NCBI GenBank assembly: GCA_964188305.1
Contig: OZ076896.1
Strand: one strand, 5' to 3'
DNA length: 64,000 bases
DNA from: Podarcis bocagei
Lineage: Eukaryota
This document shows, piece by piece, positions 36,501 to 51,200 of this stretch. The notes under the pieces were generated by a model. The model worked only from the letters and a program-made list of their open reading frames with translations. It did no database searches and had not been told where the DNA came from. The position numbers were made by a program, and so were the translations under genes. Numbering within the stretch: position 1 is the stretch's first letter; every line of letters begins with the position of its first letter.

Positions 36501-39283
36501 GCAGGCAGAAGCCAGTGGAGCTGTTCTTGGCTGGGTGGAAGAAGACCTTATTCCCAACATTTCCTTCACCCATGTAAGGGCTTTTCTGAACATGGGTCTG
36601 GGTGTGAGGTGGAGTGCTCAAGTATGCTCGGTGTGTGATTGAGAGAAATGTACTTGGGCAGAGAAAGAAAGATGTAGGTATGTACGATGTGTGCACACGT
36701 GCACGATAGAGTTAGAGGGAGGTATTTGTGTGTGTGACTGTGTACACATGGCATGTGTCTGCGAGAGAAATACAAGTATGTCCTTGGTCTGCATGTGTGT
36801 GGTGTATGCAATGTGAGGGAGAGGGGGGAGAGAGTGTGATATGGCCACCTTGTACATTTTTCCTGGTAGTGGGGAATGCTTCTTGTTCAAGACAGCGACA
36901 GCATTGTTTTGTGGAGGTGACACTGTGTAAACTTCCACAACATAATGTTGTCCAGGGTAGCAGCAATGACAGTACACCCTCTCATTTTGTGACATGCCAC
37001 ATCCCCAAGGCAGCCATGTTGTGACTGATGGCCACAGCTTTTCCTCAAAATTCAAAATGTGCTATTTTCTACAAATAAGTGGGAAAGGTACAACAACACA
37101 AGCTGTGTTATGTCATGATACAATATTAAGCATTCAACTACAGTGGTACCTCAGGTTACATACACTTCAGGTTACATACGCTTCAGCCTTACAGACTCCG
37201 CTAACCCAGAAATAGTGTTTCAGGTCAAGAACTTTGCTTCAGGATGAGAACAGAAATCGTGCTCTGGCGGCGCGGCGGCAGCAGGAGGCCCCATTAGCCA
37301 AAGTAGTGCTTCAGGTTAAGAACAGTTTCAGGTTAAGTACATACCTCCGGAACGAATTAAGTACTTAACCCAAGGTACCACTGTATTGTGAAAAGTCCTG
37401 CTCAAATTTCATGTATGTAAGAAACATTTTAAAGAGTGTTTACCTCCCGTGAAGCAGGTCTGTATCCGAAGCCCGATGGTAAATTTTTATCTTCTTCACA
37501 GCCTTTAGCTCCTGGACTGAAGTGCAATTCCACATGGAAACGCTCCTCTGATGAAAGCTCCTAAAGAAAATGGACAAGGGGTTAAACCATGTTTCCAAGT
37601 ATAGAATACTGGTTTGCTTATGCGCTTAGCATTTATTTACCTTGTTTGGATCCTCATACAGCATGATCACAATCTGAGTCATGTAATTGAGTTCACTGAC
37701 AGCATTTAGATAATCCATAGCTCGTTTCCACTGTTCGTCTTTGGATGGCTTAGATCAAAAGAAATTCACATGTTTAGTACTGTAAGCGTATGGGTGACAA
37801 TTTCTTTTTAATCTCTACATTCTGTTAACTTCTATTGTTAGCTTCTAACTCAAGGGCTGCAATTTGAAACACCAAGGAGTAAGTACATTAAGCACAACTG
37901 ACTTACTTCTAAGCAAGCCAAATAGGATTGTACGGCGCTATAATAAAATGCATTCTTATACAGGCCAATGTTACATCACTTTTACGTCCTTTCCCAAAAC
38001 CTATCACAATTTAAATATTATTATTATTTGTAAAGCAAAACTGAAATACAAAGCATTTTCATAACCATACAGGCAAAAATACTTCAAAGAGCATATAATT
38101 TAAAAATGATAACAATGGGTTGGGGAAGGGGAAAATAACAAGTGGTGATGATGGAAAAGTGCAGTACACATGCTGTGCATGTGGTTACAGGCAAGAAGGA
38201 GGATTACAGAGTTTAGGTTTACCAGCATGCCCACAACTGAAATTCTGTCATTTGTATAGCAATATAGCAGCAACCCCTTCTACAAATAGCTTGCGCCTCT
38301 CTTCATAATGATCAATTTGCAGAACATCAGTCAGAGAAATGTGCTAGACTGTGTCTGAGAATATTATATAGATTTTAAAAGGTCAAGTGGCAGATATTTC
38401 AAAACATGGAACAGATAAAATAACTCACAGTAGCCTTTTCCACACGTTTCAGAACAAAGCAAATCAATGAAAGGTAACAGAACTATTTCTGCCTATGGGG
38501 AAAAACCCCAACTACACTTAGTAGTATAAAGTTTGCATTATTCAAAACGTTTTTAGGACATGGCTCTCCAAATCCACCCAGAGCTCTCACGGTAGATTTT
38601 CTGTAATGAAAAGTTTATTCCCATGGGAGTGGCATTTTGAGTTGCCACATAATACTTCTACCTAAATAATAATAATAAAGTACGCTGCACATTTCCAAAA
38701 GTGATGAGCATACAAAACTCAACTAAAACAACCAGAAGAGGATATCACTTACATCACATAAAGAACCGAAGCGAAGAGTTGATAGTAAGGAATGGACATG
38801 GCTCTCACTGGTGAAGTATAGCCTAGTTCGGACATGACGTTCAGGAGACATAACCCCACTGGAATACCTAAGAGCAAAATAATCTGAGACAGTAAACAAG
38901 TATTATACAGGCTCATGAATACCTGTAGAGAAAGCAAGAGAGCTTAAAGTGCATTTCCCCATAATTAAAATTTCTAAAGATCAAAAAAAATCCAGAATAA
39001 TTTCCCAAACTCTCTTAAATTGGTGAAAGAGTATCTGTGTAATGACCATGCAGTGAACAAATTTCATATTTCCCCCCAATTATTTTTCCCTTTCTGTTTC
39101 ATAAGATCACACACCCCCCCCGGAAAAAATATATCTTGTCTTTCTTACTATAATAGTCTTTTTTTAAGGACTATTATAAAGACTACATTTTTTAATGTTA
39201 ATGCTGCAGTTGGAGTGGCTGGGAGTATTATGAAGACTCTTTATCTTACAAAAATATGGTGGTGGTTACTGCAGTTTAATGGT

Positions 39284-39322
<39 letters not shown>

Positions 39323-42300
39323 CAAGCAGCACGGGTGGTGGCTGGCCAAGACATGCCCTGAAGGAACAGTGAGGATGGGGGAAAGGGCAGTTCCCCAGCA
39401 GCAGTCTTGTTCTGCTGCTGCTTCTGTTTTGGCCTCAGCAGCATTGGAGGCTGATGAGAAAGCAGCAGCAGCATAACAGGACAGTTGGTGGGTTCTGCCC
39501 TGGCAGGCAAGCAGCCTTGGGGGTGAGGAGGCAGCAAGAAGGATTTAGCTAAATTCATGTCACTATAAAAGTAACAAGAAAGTACCACTCCCAAGTTTTC
39601 CAAGCGAAAAGGAACTTACAAAGGGTGGAGCTTGTTAACTGTATCATCATCTTGAGTTCTTTGAAGATCGGACCGGATTTTCCTCAGTAGTGGATTGCAG
39701 TACCCTTTAGCTATTTCTATTTTCTCAGCTGCAGTAATACCATATTCCTGGATGAGAAGAGCATAATTAAAAATAAGCTACAATGTGCACTGAATATATG
39801 CATGGCATGCTACAATATTTTGCTATAGGGCCCCATTTGTTCTTTCTATTTCAGATTCCATTTGCGCAGAAGCACAAAACATCACTAGGAAAAATCCTAA
39901 GGGGTGGGGAGACACTCAAAAGAACCCACGGAGAACTGAGTATATCTAGTGCCCACACAATACTGACTGTTGAAAGGGAGGGGGCTAAAACCAAGATGGG
40001 AGGGGAATGGAATACAGTGGTCACAACTCTGTTTGCTTGCAAACTTCCATTCCTCGTGATCTGATGTCAAATTCTAGATCATGTGTCTCAATAGGTTTTT
40101 AATGTCTTGCATTGATTGGTTGCAGGAACCTACTTGTCACTCGCTTATTATGGCTTGGGAGTTAATTGCACTTTGGCTCCATTAAAATAAATGGTGTAAG
40201 TTAGTCATTGATTAGGTCCTACTAATTTCAATGCTAAGCAATGACTAACCTGCCCCATTTATTCTATTAGGACAAAGTGAAAGTAACTTAAGCTGTAATC
40301 TTCTGCCTGCTTAACCAGGGAGTAAGTCTCATTGTACTCAATGGGAATTACTTTTGAGTAGACATGTACAGGATTGCATTGGATTTAGCCAATATATATA
40401 AAATATATGTCTATGTAATTATTAGATTACATATCCTCTAGATATTTCCTTATTTAATTTAATAAGGAACAGAAACAAACAATATTTCTTTCAATTCATT
40501 TATAAAAACTGGTTAGTGGACCACAAATTATTTGGAAATAGTTAAGCTATGGATTGCCGTGATGATTAGCAAGTATAACCAGTATGAAACATCTAGTTGT
40601 TGCAGAATACTATTTAAGAGTAGTTGCAAGGTACATACCTGTGGTATAACAATGTCAGCTAACGCCTTTGACAGTCTATATAGTTCCATTGTGTTTTCTA
40701 GTTTTAAAGAGACATTATGCTGGACATCATACTTAATACAGTCATAGATATCTGGAATTTTACTGATGTCATATCTTCCATTCTTTGTTTTAAAGTCCTT
40801 TTCAAGCTTGGACCATCTACGCAACATTAGCTCCAGCGTTTCACTGTGGTAAAGCTGAATATCTAGGTAGACAATTATTAGCGAAGAATAATCAAATCAG
40901 GTAACTTGAAGTAAAATCAAATGAAACATTAAGAAAAAATATGATCTAGTATATTCTAGTTAGAATTATCTCATGTATATTTGCTTTCACATCAAATATA
41001 CCCTTTTTCAGATTAAAGAATGCCAGCCACTTACATGACAAAAGTCATGAGCTAAACAAGCTCTAGCAAAGGACTGCACAGTTCATATTGTTCTGATGGT
41101 TAGCTTTATTAGCTAAAGAAGGATAGATTGATACATTGGCCACAGAAAGAACATTTTTTTCAATTTTAGTTGTTTTCTTCTAAAACGATTTTTGTTAAAT
41201 TCATTTCCTCTCCCTGCACCCCAGTGCAAACTCTCTCTGCACCATGGGTTTTCTCCAATCTAGTTAACTCTGCCCTTCCTTTTTTGTCTTCATCTCATAG
41301 CATATACTGTCTTCTCTCTTCACCCATATTTCTCAACTCGCCCTTTTTATCATTGCATACCATACCACCCACTCTTCTTTTGGGTCACCATAAATCTCTT
41401 GGCACCCTATCTTTTCTTCACTAATAACTCACTATTAATATATATTTTAGTAGCTAAATTTCACTGACAGCAATACTGTCTACTCAAAATTCTTAAAACT
41501 GCCTAAGCCTTCATGGCTAGCATCAACATTACAGTCTGCTTAAAATAATTGTTTACCTGCAGACTTAGGATCTTCCATCCGTCTTCTGATCTGAGATGTC
41601 AAACTCTGGATCAAGGAATATACCTTATCACATGTCTTAACGGGGTTTTTAATGACTTGCATTGATTTTATCAGAGAAACACTGCCGGATGGTGTGAGCT
41701 GAATATCAAATAAAAAGGGAATTCATTAGTTCTATTCATTTTTATTTTTGTTTGAAGGATAATAGGATACTATAACCTTAAAACAGGTAATCTTAAGAAT
41801 CATAATTTGATTTTCAATAAATGATTGCTTTCAGGGTTTTTGTTCGTTTTTTACAGTCAAGTGGTGGATAAATGTTATAAAACAAAGAAATTAAGTCCCA
41901 ATGAAGTAAATGGTGCTTGTGGCGCTAAAAAAGAAGTTTGTCTTATCTGAAGCATAGATTTGGTGGGTTAGGAAGCGTTCCCTGGGTTGGGTAATCATCA
42001 TGAGCTATGACGAAGGTAGGACAGCAGAATTGTGGGGAGTGGAGGAAAAAACACAGCGTGGTGGAAAAAACACACAGCGACAACAGAATAGTGAAAGAAT
42101 AAGAAGTAAAAACACTTAACTGACAAGGAATAGAGAGAGCCAGGAAGACCAAACTGCTTTCACCAGGCTAGAAAAAGAACCTGAGGAGAATCACTCCACT
42201 TTCCGCAGTTCTGCTCTCTTGCCTTTGTCATAGCTCATGATCATTACCCAGCCCAGTAAATCCTTCTTTAACGCACCAAAATTACTTTTTACACAGTGGG

Positions 42301-45300
42301 TGGTATTCAACCAAGTTTTACTCTGAGCTGATCCATTGAAATAAATCAAGATGACTAAGTTTCACCCATTAATTTCAGTAGGTCTATTTTAATAAAACTT
42401 ACTTGAATACTACTTAATACATCTAAGACTGTTCAAACCAAGGTGCCTCTGCACTAGACATTTAGTGTGGATTTGCCATGCTTCACTCACCCACTTTCTC
42501 CAGGGCATCCACATGATGCCATCATCCAACCATTCTCATGCCATATTTTCCCTGCGGTCTTGAAAGACCAACTTTTTAAGGAAGGACAGGAAGCATAGGG
42601 CTGTTTCCAGTTTTAGATGCCTTTAGTACTACTCTCCTGCCTTTTAAAGAGTGGGGCTTTGACATGGACAGCAACATACCAGAAAAATAATCATATCACT
42701 GCTCAGCACACATTCATTATAACAATTATATTAAGTGTCAGTTTATTACTGCTTTTGTTATTTTAATTGATCTTTCAATTATCATCAAAACACTTTTCCA
42801 GTTATAATGTATGTGTTTTCCCAATTCTCCTTGTGCTCCATTCAGGAGAGTTTCAGAAGATGGCTAGAAGAGAATCCACTGATTTTCAACATTTGCCCAC
42901 ATTCAGTATTTAGAGCACAGTATAGTACTTTGTTATCTTCTAACCTTTTCATAGTCTTCATCAGTAAAGTCTCTGTCTCTCTGGAGTATTTCATTAAGGC
43001 GTGCCTTCGCACGATGTTGGCAGCTGCTAAGAGAGTCACTGTCACTGTCGAGTAGCCCATTCATATTAGCACTTTTGACCATCTGGACAAGTATAGGAGT
43101 AAGCTCTCCCTCCAATGCCAGGAGTCCCTGGGTAAACAAAATAACTGAGTGATGAGGGAAAATGTGGCAAATAGTCTAAAGCACAAAAGTGAACATTGGT
43201 ACTTAACATGATAAGTTCTTTTTCTGTAGGGAGAAGGGGGGTCCCGTGTGGGTTGTCACCACTCACCTCTCAAACTTTCAAGAGGGTACACCTGGTATAT
43301 CCCCTCACCAGTTCAATTTATCCTTAAGCAAGTAACTGTATACCTATAGGCACTAACTTTCTACCTATTGTTAATAGGTATTGCTTTTTAGTGCTTATTA
43401 CACTATAGTCTACACCCAGGCAGGTAATACAAGAAAAACAATATGACTGTGGTGTCCACTTTTGATTAGAGAATATGGCTTGGAGCAGAGGTCATCAACC
43501 CAGTGCCCATGGGCACACCATGGCACCCATGAAGTCTTTCAGTGGTGCCCCTGAGGCCCTGGACTTTGAGCTTTCAATTGAAAGAAAAGTTAGTCTCCTG
43601 GAAAAAGGTTATCAGGCAAAATGTGCAGGTACCTTCTAAGCAATTTCTTTGAAATGACAATAGTAGGGATACCTTGTATATTAGACAGCAACACCATGTT
43701 TGTGTGGTGTCAGATCAGCAGCACATAATCAACTTTCCATGGCAAGTGTAAGGTTGTTGGGGGTGATTGTCTCTCTTATGTTGTGTTATGCCATACCTAC
43801 CTCTATCAAAATTTTAAATGTGTCCATAAGCCCCAAAAGGTTGGCAGTCCCTAGATTAGAATGTCCAGCACCTATTCTTTATTTTCATTTAAAAATGTAT
43901 ACATTTTGAAAAGTTTGCCATATATACTTCTGTAAGTCATGAGAACAAAAGTACATGCATTTGACCACTACTCTTATATGACACATCATATAGCACGCCA
44001 TTGTTTTACCACAACAAGAAAGAAGCAATTTATAAATTTCACACACAGAATGACTGGTGCAGGGACCCCAACTATAGGGGGCAGAAGGGGTTTTGGCTCC
44101 CTCAGTAGTGGTGGGCAGGGGGCTGAGCCCTCCCCAATATTGAGACGACTGCCACCCCCCACCCCCGCACGAGCACTCATGTGCCAAGCAGCGGCAGAGG
44201 TGTCATCACTGAGAGGGGTGACAAAATGACCAAAATATGAGTTTTAAAAATAAAAAACTGGGCTGATGAAACTTTTTAGTTCAGTCAACAAACGCAATGA
44301 AATGCGGCTGGCACCACACCGCGGGGGCCGTCACTCCTGGGAGTGACGTGGTGGCTTGGGCGCCTGCAGGCTCCATGCTGCCTGAAATGGCGTGTGACTT
44401 ATGTCTGCCCTCTGCCTCTCCCTCAGCCACCCTAGAGCTGAGGGGGAGGCAGCAGAGAGGCTCAACGCAGTGCGCCTCTCCCCATGGGTGGCTCGCCCAG
44501 CCCCTGGCTGCAGGATGCACGCGCTGCCCCCAGCACCCAGGCAGCTAGCTATGCCGCTGATGCCAAGCAGGGGTGGGATGCATCACGTGACACCCCCCCC
44601 CCATGTGGCGGGCAAGTCAGCGCCCCTGGACTGGTGTGTGGGAAGGGAGGATTACTCACATTGAACTACTAATCGTAAGCGAGAGGAAAGCATGTGTGAT
44701 ATGAAAGTAGGCCAAGTAGCTAATTTTGCATCTCTTTAATATTTAAACAGTTTTTTTAAAAAAGAAGTTCATCGTACAATCTCCGAAATTTTCTTATAAA
44801 CAGCCTGTATTCCCTTCCCATCTTTCATTATAATTATAATTATAATTTTCATAGTACCTTTGCAAAAGCTGCCGCAGTCATTTGAACTCTGCCTTCATCC
44901 GAAGCATAAATTTTGAGATCATGCCGATAGGTACTATGCAGTCTAAGTAAACCACATCCTGGAAATCCAGCATAGTCACCTACCAAAAGAAAAACAACCT
45001 TATAATTTTGCTTCTGTTTCTTTCCCCCCCCCCCCCAAGTTCTCGGTCTAAAGAAATGGCTTCCTTTGCCACCAATAAATGAAATGAGTTACCTTGTCCA
45101 CCTGGGTACATGCATCGGAAAGCTCTTCCTAGTTCCTCTGCCTGAACTCTGCCTGCAGGTGTTAATTCTCCTCCCCATTTTAGAACTAAGAGTAGAGATG
45201 GCTCACGTTTGTGGCTATCTAAATGCATACAAAAATACCACAATGCAAAATAATAGGTAAATAAAAACTGAGGAAGAACAACTAATTTACACCTAAGTTT

Positions 45301-46481
45301 CATATGCTAGAACAATTTTTAGCAGATAATTTTCTATTTCTGGTGAGCCGAAGTAACTTGAAAAACAGAGGGGTGAGTCTAAAGAAGCAGCAACAGAAAT
45401 GTGTGGATGGAATATAACTTTCTTACCCACTCCTCATCCCAGCAGCCTCTCCCGAAAGTTTAGAAACCCTGATGAATGGGGTAGGCTATGGCACCTGGGT
45501 AGGGGGAAAGTACATCTCCCCATTTTTTGGTGAGCCCCCTCTTCTTTCTCAACCCCCTACACCACAGTCCACACCATTCAACAGAGCCCAGGGCCCATGG
45601 AAAGGCTGCTTGAAATGAAGGGGTAAGAAAGTCACACTTTGCTCACCCACTTCCAACAGTATTTGTCTGATTCAAATACAGTATGTTTGCAACACTGAAA
45701 AAATGGAAGAGAGAATAGAGATTATTCAGCTGAATAAACATTTTAATATGATGAATGGTGGGCTAATCAAGTACATTCCTGTCAGGGACCAAGACTGGCT
45801 AAGTTAAAGAAATATTACTTTTTCTAATATATAAAAATGTGAGGATCCAAAGAACAGTGATACTATTCAGAGCATCAGGGATGAGTTTCGGATTGGATTT
45901 GTAGATTCTGAAACAGCAGCTGCTCATGCTTGTATGGCAAATTGCTTCTGCAATTCAGGGGAATATCAAAAGCTGCTTGCAATAAAGCACTGGAAGGAGA
46001 GTGTTTGATGTTCAATTAAGAAGTCAAACATTGTACTTACAGCACAACCCTATTCATGTTTATTCATAAGTAAGTATCACTGTGTTCTGTGAGCTTACTG
46101 CATAGCAAGTGTGTTTAGGATGCACACCAGCCCTAAAAGTTGATATTTTGCTGATGACCAGAGAGAGCGAGGAACAAAATGTAATTAATAAACTTAAAAA
46201 AACCTTACATGTTTCCAACTTCAGCTTTTTTGACAATAAAAGTGTTAAAAAGCAAAATTCAGTTACACTAAGCTAACAGAGGGACCAACTTCTAGAATTA
46301 ATTAGCATCCATACCTTCTTCTTCACTAGATGTTTTGGGACAACCATGAGGAAGATATGTCAGCTGAACTTTGCGGTTTATGCCGGAAAAATGTCCATAC
46401 CTAAGAACGACAAATGGAGAATGGGGGAAGCAAGGAGCACACATTAAAAACGAACTTGATATATATCATGCAGCCTTGTAA

Positions 46482-46546
<65 letters not shown>

Positions 46547-48165
46547 AAGCTATTGCATTGCTGCCATGATGAAGAATGCCTTTCCTGCACTGTACCACTT
46601 CATCCTGCAGGTTTCAGTACTTCCTGCATATGCACAGCAAGCATGTTAGGCAAAATGAATTTACTTAACATTCTTACTTAACTGGCAATTTTCTCTGTAA
46701 AGGGAGTTTGTTTTCATAGTAGAGAATTCAAGCACCCAACTTCTACCTGCAGTCTGAAGTAGTGTGCAGGAAAAGCTCTATCAATTGATTCTCTGATAGT
46801 AACCCTTGAACAGCTTAACAAAGCAGAAATTCACACAGCAGGTTAGTGTAGGCCAGTCTTCCCAAACCTGGGTGTCCTCTAGATACAATTCCCATCAACT
46901 ATTACCATTAGACCATGCTGGCTGGTGCTGAGCTGGTGCTCAATCTCTTAAAGCAGCGGTCTGTGGGCATATTTGCAAAGCAGAAAAAACTGTCATGGAC
47001 ACCACACATATTTCAACCAAGCACATGCCAAAACCTATTCTACTGGCTGCAGTAGAATGCTTCTTTCAAGCCTAATTCAATGGGAAAGATGACCCTATGG
47101 ACAGTGGCGGAGAGCAGACGGGGGCATGGCTAGTGCCTGTCCCGGGGGCATGTCGTGCCACCTGTGGGGGCGTGGCACCCAGCGCGGGCGGGGGGGGCAG
47201 CTGCAATGGCACCCCAATGGGATCGCGCTGCCAGGGGTGGTGCGCTCCCCCTGCACCCCTCTTCCTCCGCCAGTGCCTATGGACACTGGGAAAGGCTCAT
47301 TGGCAACTCTTCATAGTTAAAAGTTCAGCAGAAGCAGGATAAATATGCGCTCTCCCCAAATTCCCTCTGACATTCTCCTGCAGGCCTTAGTTATCATTTA
47401 TATGTCTCCGCAAGGAATATACATGCACAAAATGGCATTCAGTGGTTCATTAGAAATAGATTTCATGCTACCTAAAATTCTGAAGATGCAGTAATAGTGT
47501 GAAAGAGTCAGAAACTGACTAATAACACGGATTAGTTCCTATATTTCAGATTAACAATGTGGTTGAACTCTCTTTGTTCCTTAAAGAAATCTATATATAA
47601 AAAAACAATACATGAGAAAGATACCCGTGTCAGCAGTAAGATCTCCAAATTAAATACTTACATCTCCAACACAGTTTTCAGCTGTTCAAGTTTAGATTTG
47701 TTTTCTTCAATCTCAGAGTCATTATTTTGCCCTAGCTCTATTAAGAGGTGTCTTGCAATGTCAAGTACTTCCTAAAAGAGTGGCAAAATGTATTAGCAGT
47801 TTATAAAGACAGGTGTGAGTGTAAAAAAGAAAAGATTTTTTTTTAAAAAAACCCAACTTGCCTGTAATTGCTTCGGCTTTTTTAATTTTAGCTTCCCAGA
47901 CTTGTATCCATTGCATTTTTCAAAAAGATCAAAAAACCTTTAAAATAAGCATGGAATGATTAGAAAGGCAGTGAATTACTTTGCTAGAAGTCACTAGGCC
48001 AAACTAGTATTATTTTCTGGTTTAAGATTTTTAGAATAGGGAAAAGAATTGCTCATTGTTCAGGGAAGCTTTTAATGTTTGATGGCTTACTGTATTTTAA
48101 TATTTTGTTGGAAGCCACCCAGAGTGGCTGGGGAAGCCCAGCCAGATAGGCAGGGTATAAATAAA

Positions 48166-48228
<63 letters not shown>

Positions 48229-51200
48229 ATCAACCCCAAACCAGATTATTCATGTCTTCACATCTAGCAAATGACTGTTTGGGAAGCGTGTGGATGTTAA
48301 CACAAAACAATGTATTCAGTTATGAACTTTCCATATATTAACTGATGGTCTTGAAAAGACTTTGCACCACGTTGTATATGCAGTCTCTACGGAATAGTAT
48401 CTCAGGTCACCATTCTGTGGCTTTTGCTCCCTGAACATTCGCCAAGGCTTATGTTTATAAGCCATTCTCAAGCCAGTTTTGAAATAACTAATAATATACA
48501 TATACACTTAGAAAGTAATGAAGCTGGTGCAAAGCGAGCCAGTCAAAGTTAAGCTGGTGTAAAGTTCAGCCAGGGTTGCTGCTTTGCCTAAGCCTTGGCA
48601 CCAGAAAACAAGCCCTTAAAATAGTGTTCTGCACTGGATTGCAAGGTTACAAGACCAAGCTGAATGGGCTTAGGATGCCATAACCCTTTTCTGGGATTTA
48701 CACCAGCCTTGACTCAGCCAGCTTCTCCTCAGCCATCTGAGCAAGTTATAATACTAGGGTATCTTTGGCTGAGCCAGCCGAGCCAGAAATCACCAAGCTG
48801 AACTGGAGATCCACTGCATCCTAAGTAGCTCATACCAGTGAATCTTGCCATAGGTCTGCCCCGAAGAGTTCTGTTTTATTTGTTTTAAAAATTATATATA
48901 CTGTAGTTACTTCAGTGGAACTTCCAGGGCAGTTTACAAAATACAGAAGTAAAATTAAACTTTAAAAGCAGAGAAAACAAAACATTTGATGCTACAGCCT
49001 CTTAATACATAAATACAGATGAAAAATCAAATTAAATGTCAATAAACGCAACACAGATGCACATCTATGCCCCCCTCGGTTTAAACAATCAACTTACAAC
49101 ATGTAATGGGGAAAATATCAAATTTGTTCATTACATCCCCCCCCAGCCAATTACTTACTTTTGATGTTTAACTTCCATTTTCATTTTTTGTTTTGGTGTT
49201 CGATCTCCATGTCGTATAACAGCAATAACACATCTAAGTTCCATCCTGCAAGTATACAAAGATTTAAAAGCACAAAGTTTGATTGACATTAACAGCAACA
49301 ACAAAAATATGAAAAAGAGGACATGTAAATATGATTTCTCATATAAATATTAACGAAACATTTCAACGAAGATGTTGTTGAATTATTCTAAACTGAAAGT
49401 GAGAGAATATTGAGAGGTAAGAAAAATAGAAAATGTTACATAGTCAGGTTGCATAATTTAGACAGAGAAAAAATATTCTCTTACATTGTTCCAGATGTAG
49501 TTGGCACAATAGGAATATCCTCTGCTTCTAAAGGTATGGACCACGGGATTTGAAACTGTGGAGCAAGTTCTCGCATTACGATATTTCTAAATGGAATAGA
49601 AATAAGTGTTTGCTGAAATTAATAAGTCTACATTAATAACAACAATTAATAATTTGTCTAATAAAAACAAGTTGAAAATGCATTAACCCCTTAATGAACC
49701 ATACCCACATATGTTATGTTCCATAAAGAACGTGCCATTCTTTAATAACCAATCATGCTTCTTCTAAAACATTTTTCCCTAATCCTGAAGTTCCTAAAGT
49801 GGATCTCAGTGCCCTGAACACTTCATTCATGCTTGTGGAGGCCCTCTGCCTTTGTGTGTGGGTATGCCAGTGTTTTACTTTGAACAGCCAGCTGTGCTAG
49901 TGAAGCCATGGCTTCTAGCTGTCTGCCTTCTTCCTTTCCTTAGAATGCCTCTGAGGAATTCTTTGCTTTCCAGCATGCCTAAAAAAATCCCTTTTTAAAA
50001 TACAGAAAGGAAAAAGGACTCATGCTACTGCATGGTAAGCTTGGGGATGGGGAGGGGAACAACCAGGGATGGCTTGTCTCTTTGTGTTTTATTGAGTAGG
50101 TTGTATTTTGCCTTTCCCCAAATAGGGCATAAAATTTTGGTGTTTTATTTCTCTAACAGATATCTTGGCAAAGTTGCACAGAAACTATACTGGGTATGCA
50201 TGCTCATTATGGGCATCCTAAATAGCTGTTGTTTTATCTGAATTAATTGTGTTATCTAAAAGCTCTATTTTGCAAGATACATTTTCCAACAGGTCAACCA
50301 CACAAAGGACAGTATTCAGCTAAGTCCGACTCAGAAGAGACCTACTGAAATTAATGAACCTGAATTAGTCAGGTCCATTAACTTCAATGAGTCTGCTGTG
50401 AATAGGACTAGCATTGAATACCACCACGGATATTCTATTTACTTTAAATAAATTGTGAAAAGGAAACGGTCTGACAAATAGCATAAAATCTTACCCAAGG
50501 ATTTTAGCACAATCATCATAATATTTCATAGAATTCTTCACGAAACTAAAGCCATTGACATCACAGACGTAAGATTGTCCATTTGCACGCAACAGATCAA
50601 AGCCACAAACTGTTTGCTGTCAAGACAAGAAATCACAAGATTTATAAATTTATAAAACTTCAGATAATTATCTACAGTAAAAAATAAATGAACAAAAACT
50701 CATCTCTTCCTCAAGGATCAGGTTCAACTTCAAATGTATTTAATGAATAGCTTCTCCTCACAGAAGGTCTCACTACTGCATTTTTAAAAAGCTTTGGATT
50801 TTACGCCCTTCCAAAGTCTAACCCTTATCTTAGCCCTTCAAGCACTGAGATACATTAATAAAATAATTTACAATACATAGTACCATGTAAATGTATTTCA
50901 ATCTTATAAAGTAGCATAAATATTAGCAAAGGACTCAGTTCAAACAGCCAAAAAATATAGGTCAGTCACAAATGATGCAAAAAGCACACACATTCTATCT
51001 GGCTCCCAAGTTTGTGTAATGTAGGTTCTATTTACATATTTGTCTTAGCATACTTTCTCTCCTAGTCAGAAGAAGAGAAAGAGGGTCTTGTTCCTCCTCT
51101 GCTGCCTAACAGGGAACAGCATTTGCTGCCTAGGCACAGTGGAAAGGGAGTGCATGGCTGGCTGCCAACCTTGGTATGGCTGGCAATGTAGTATTTCTGC

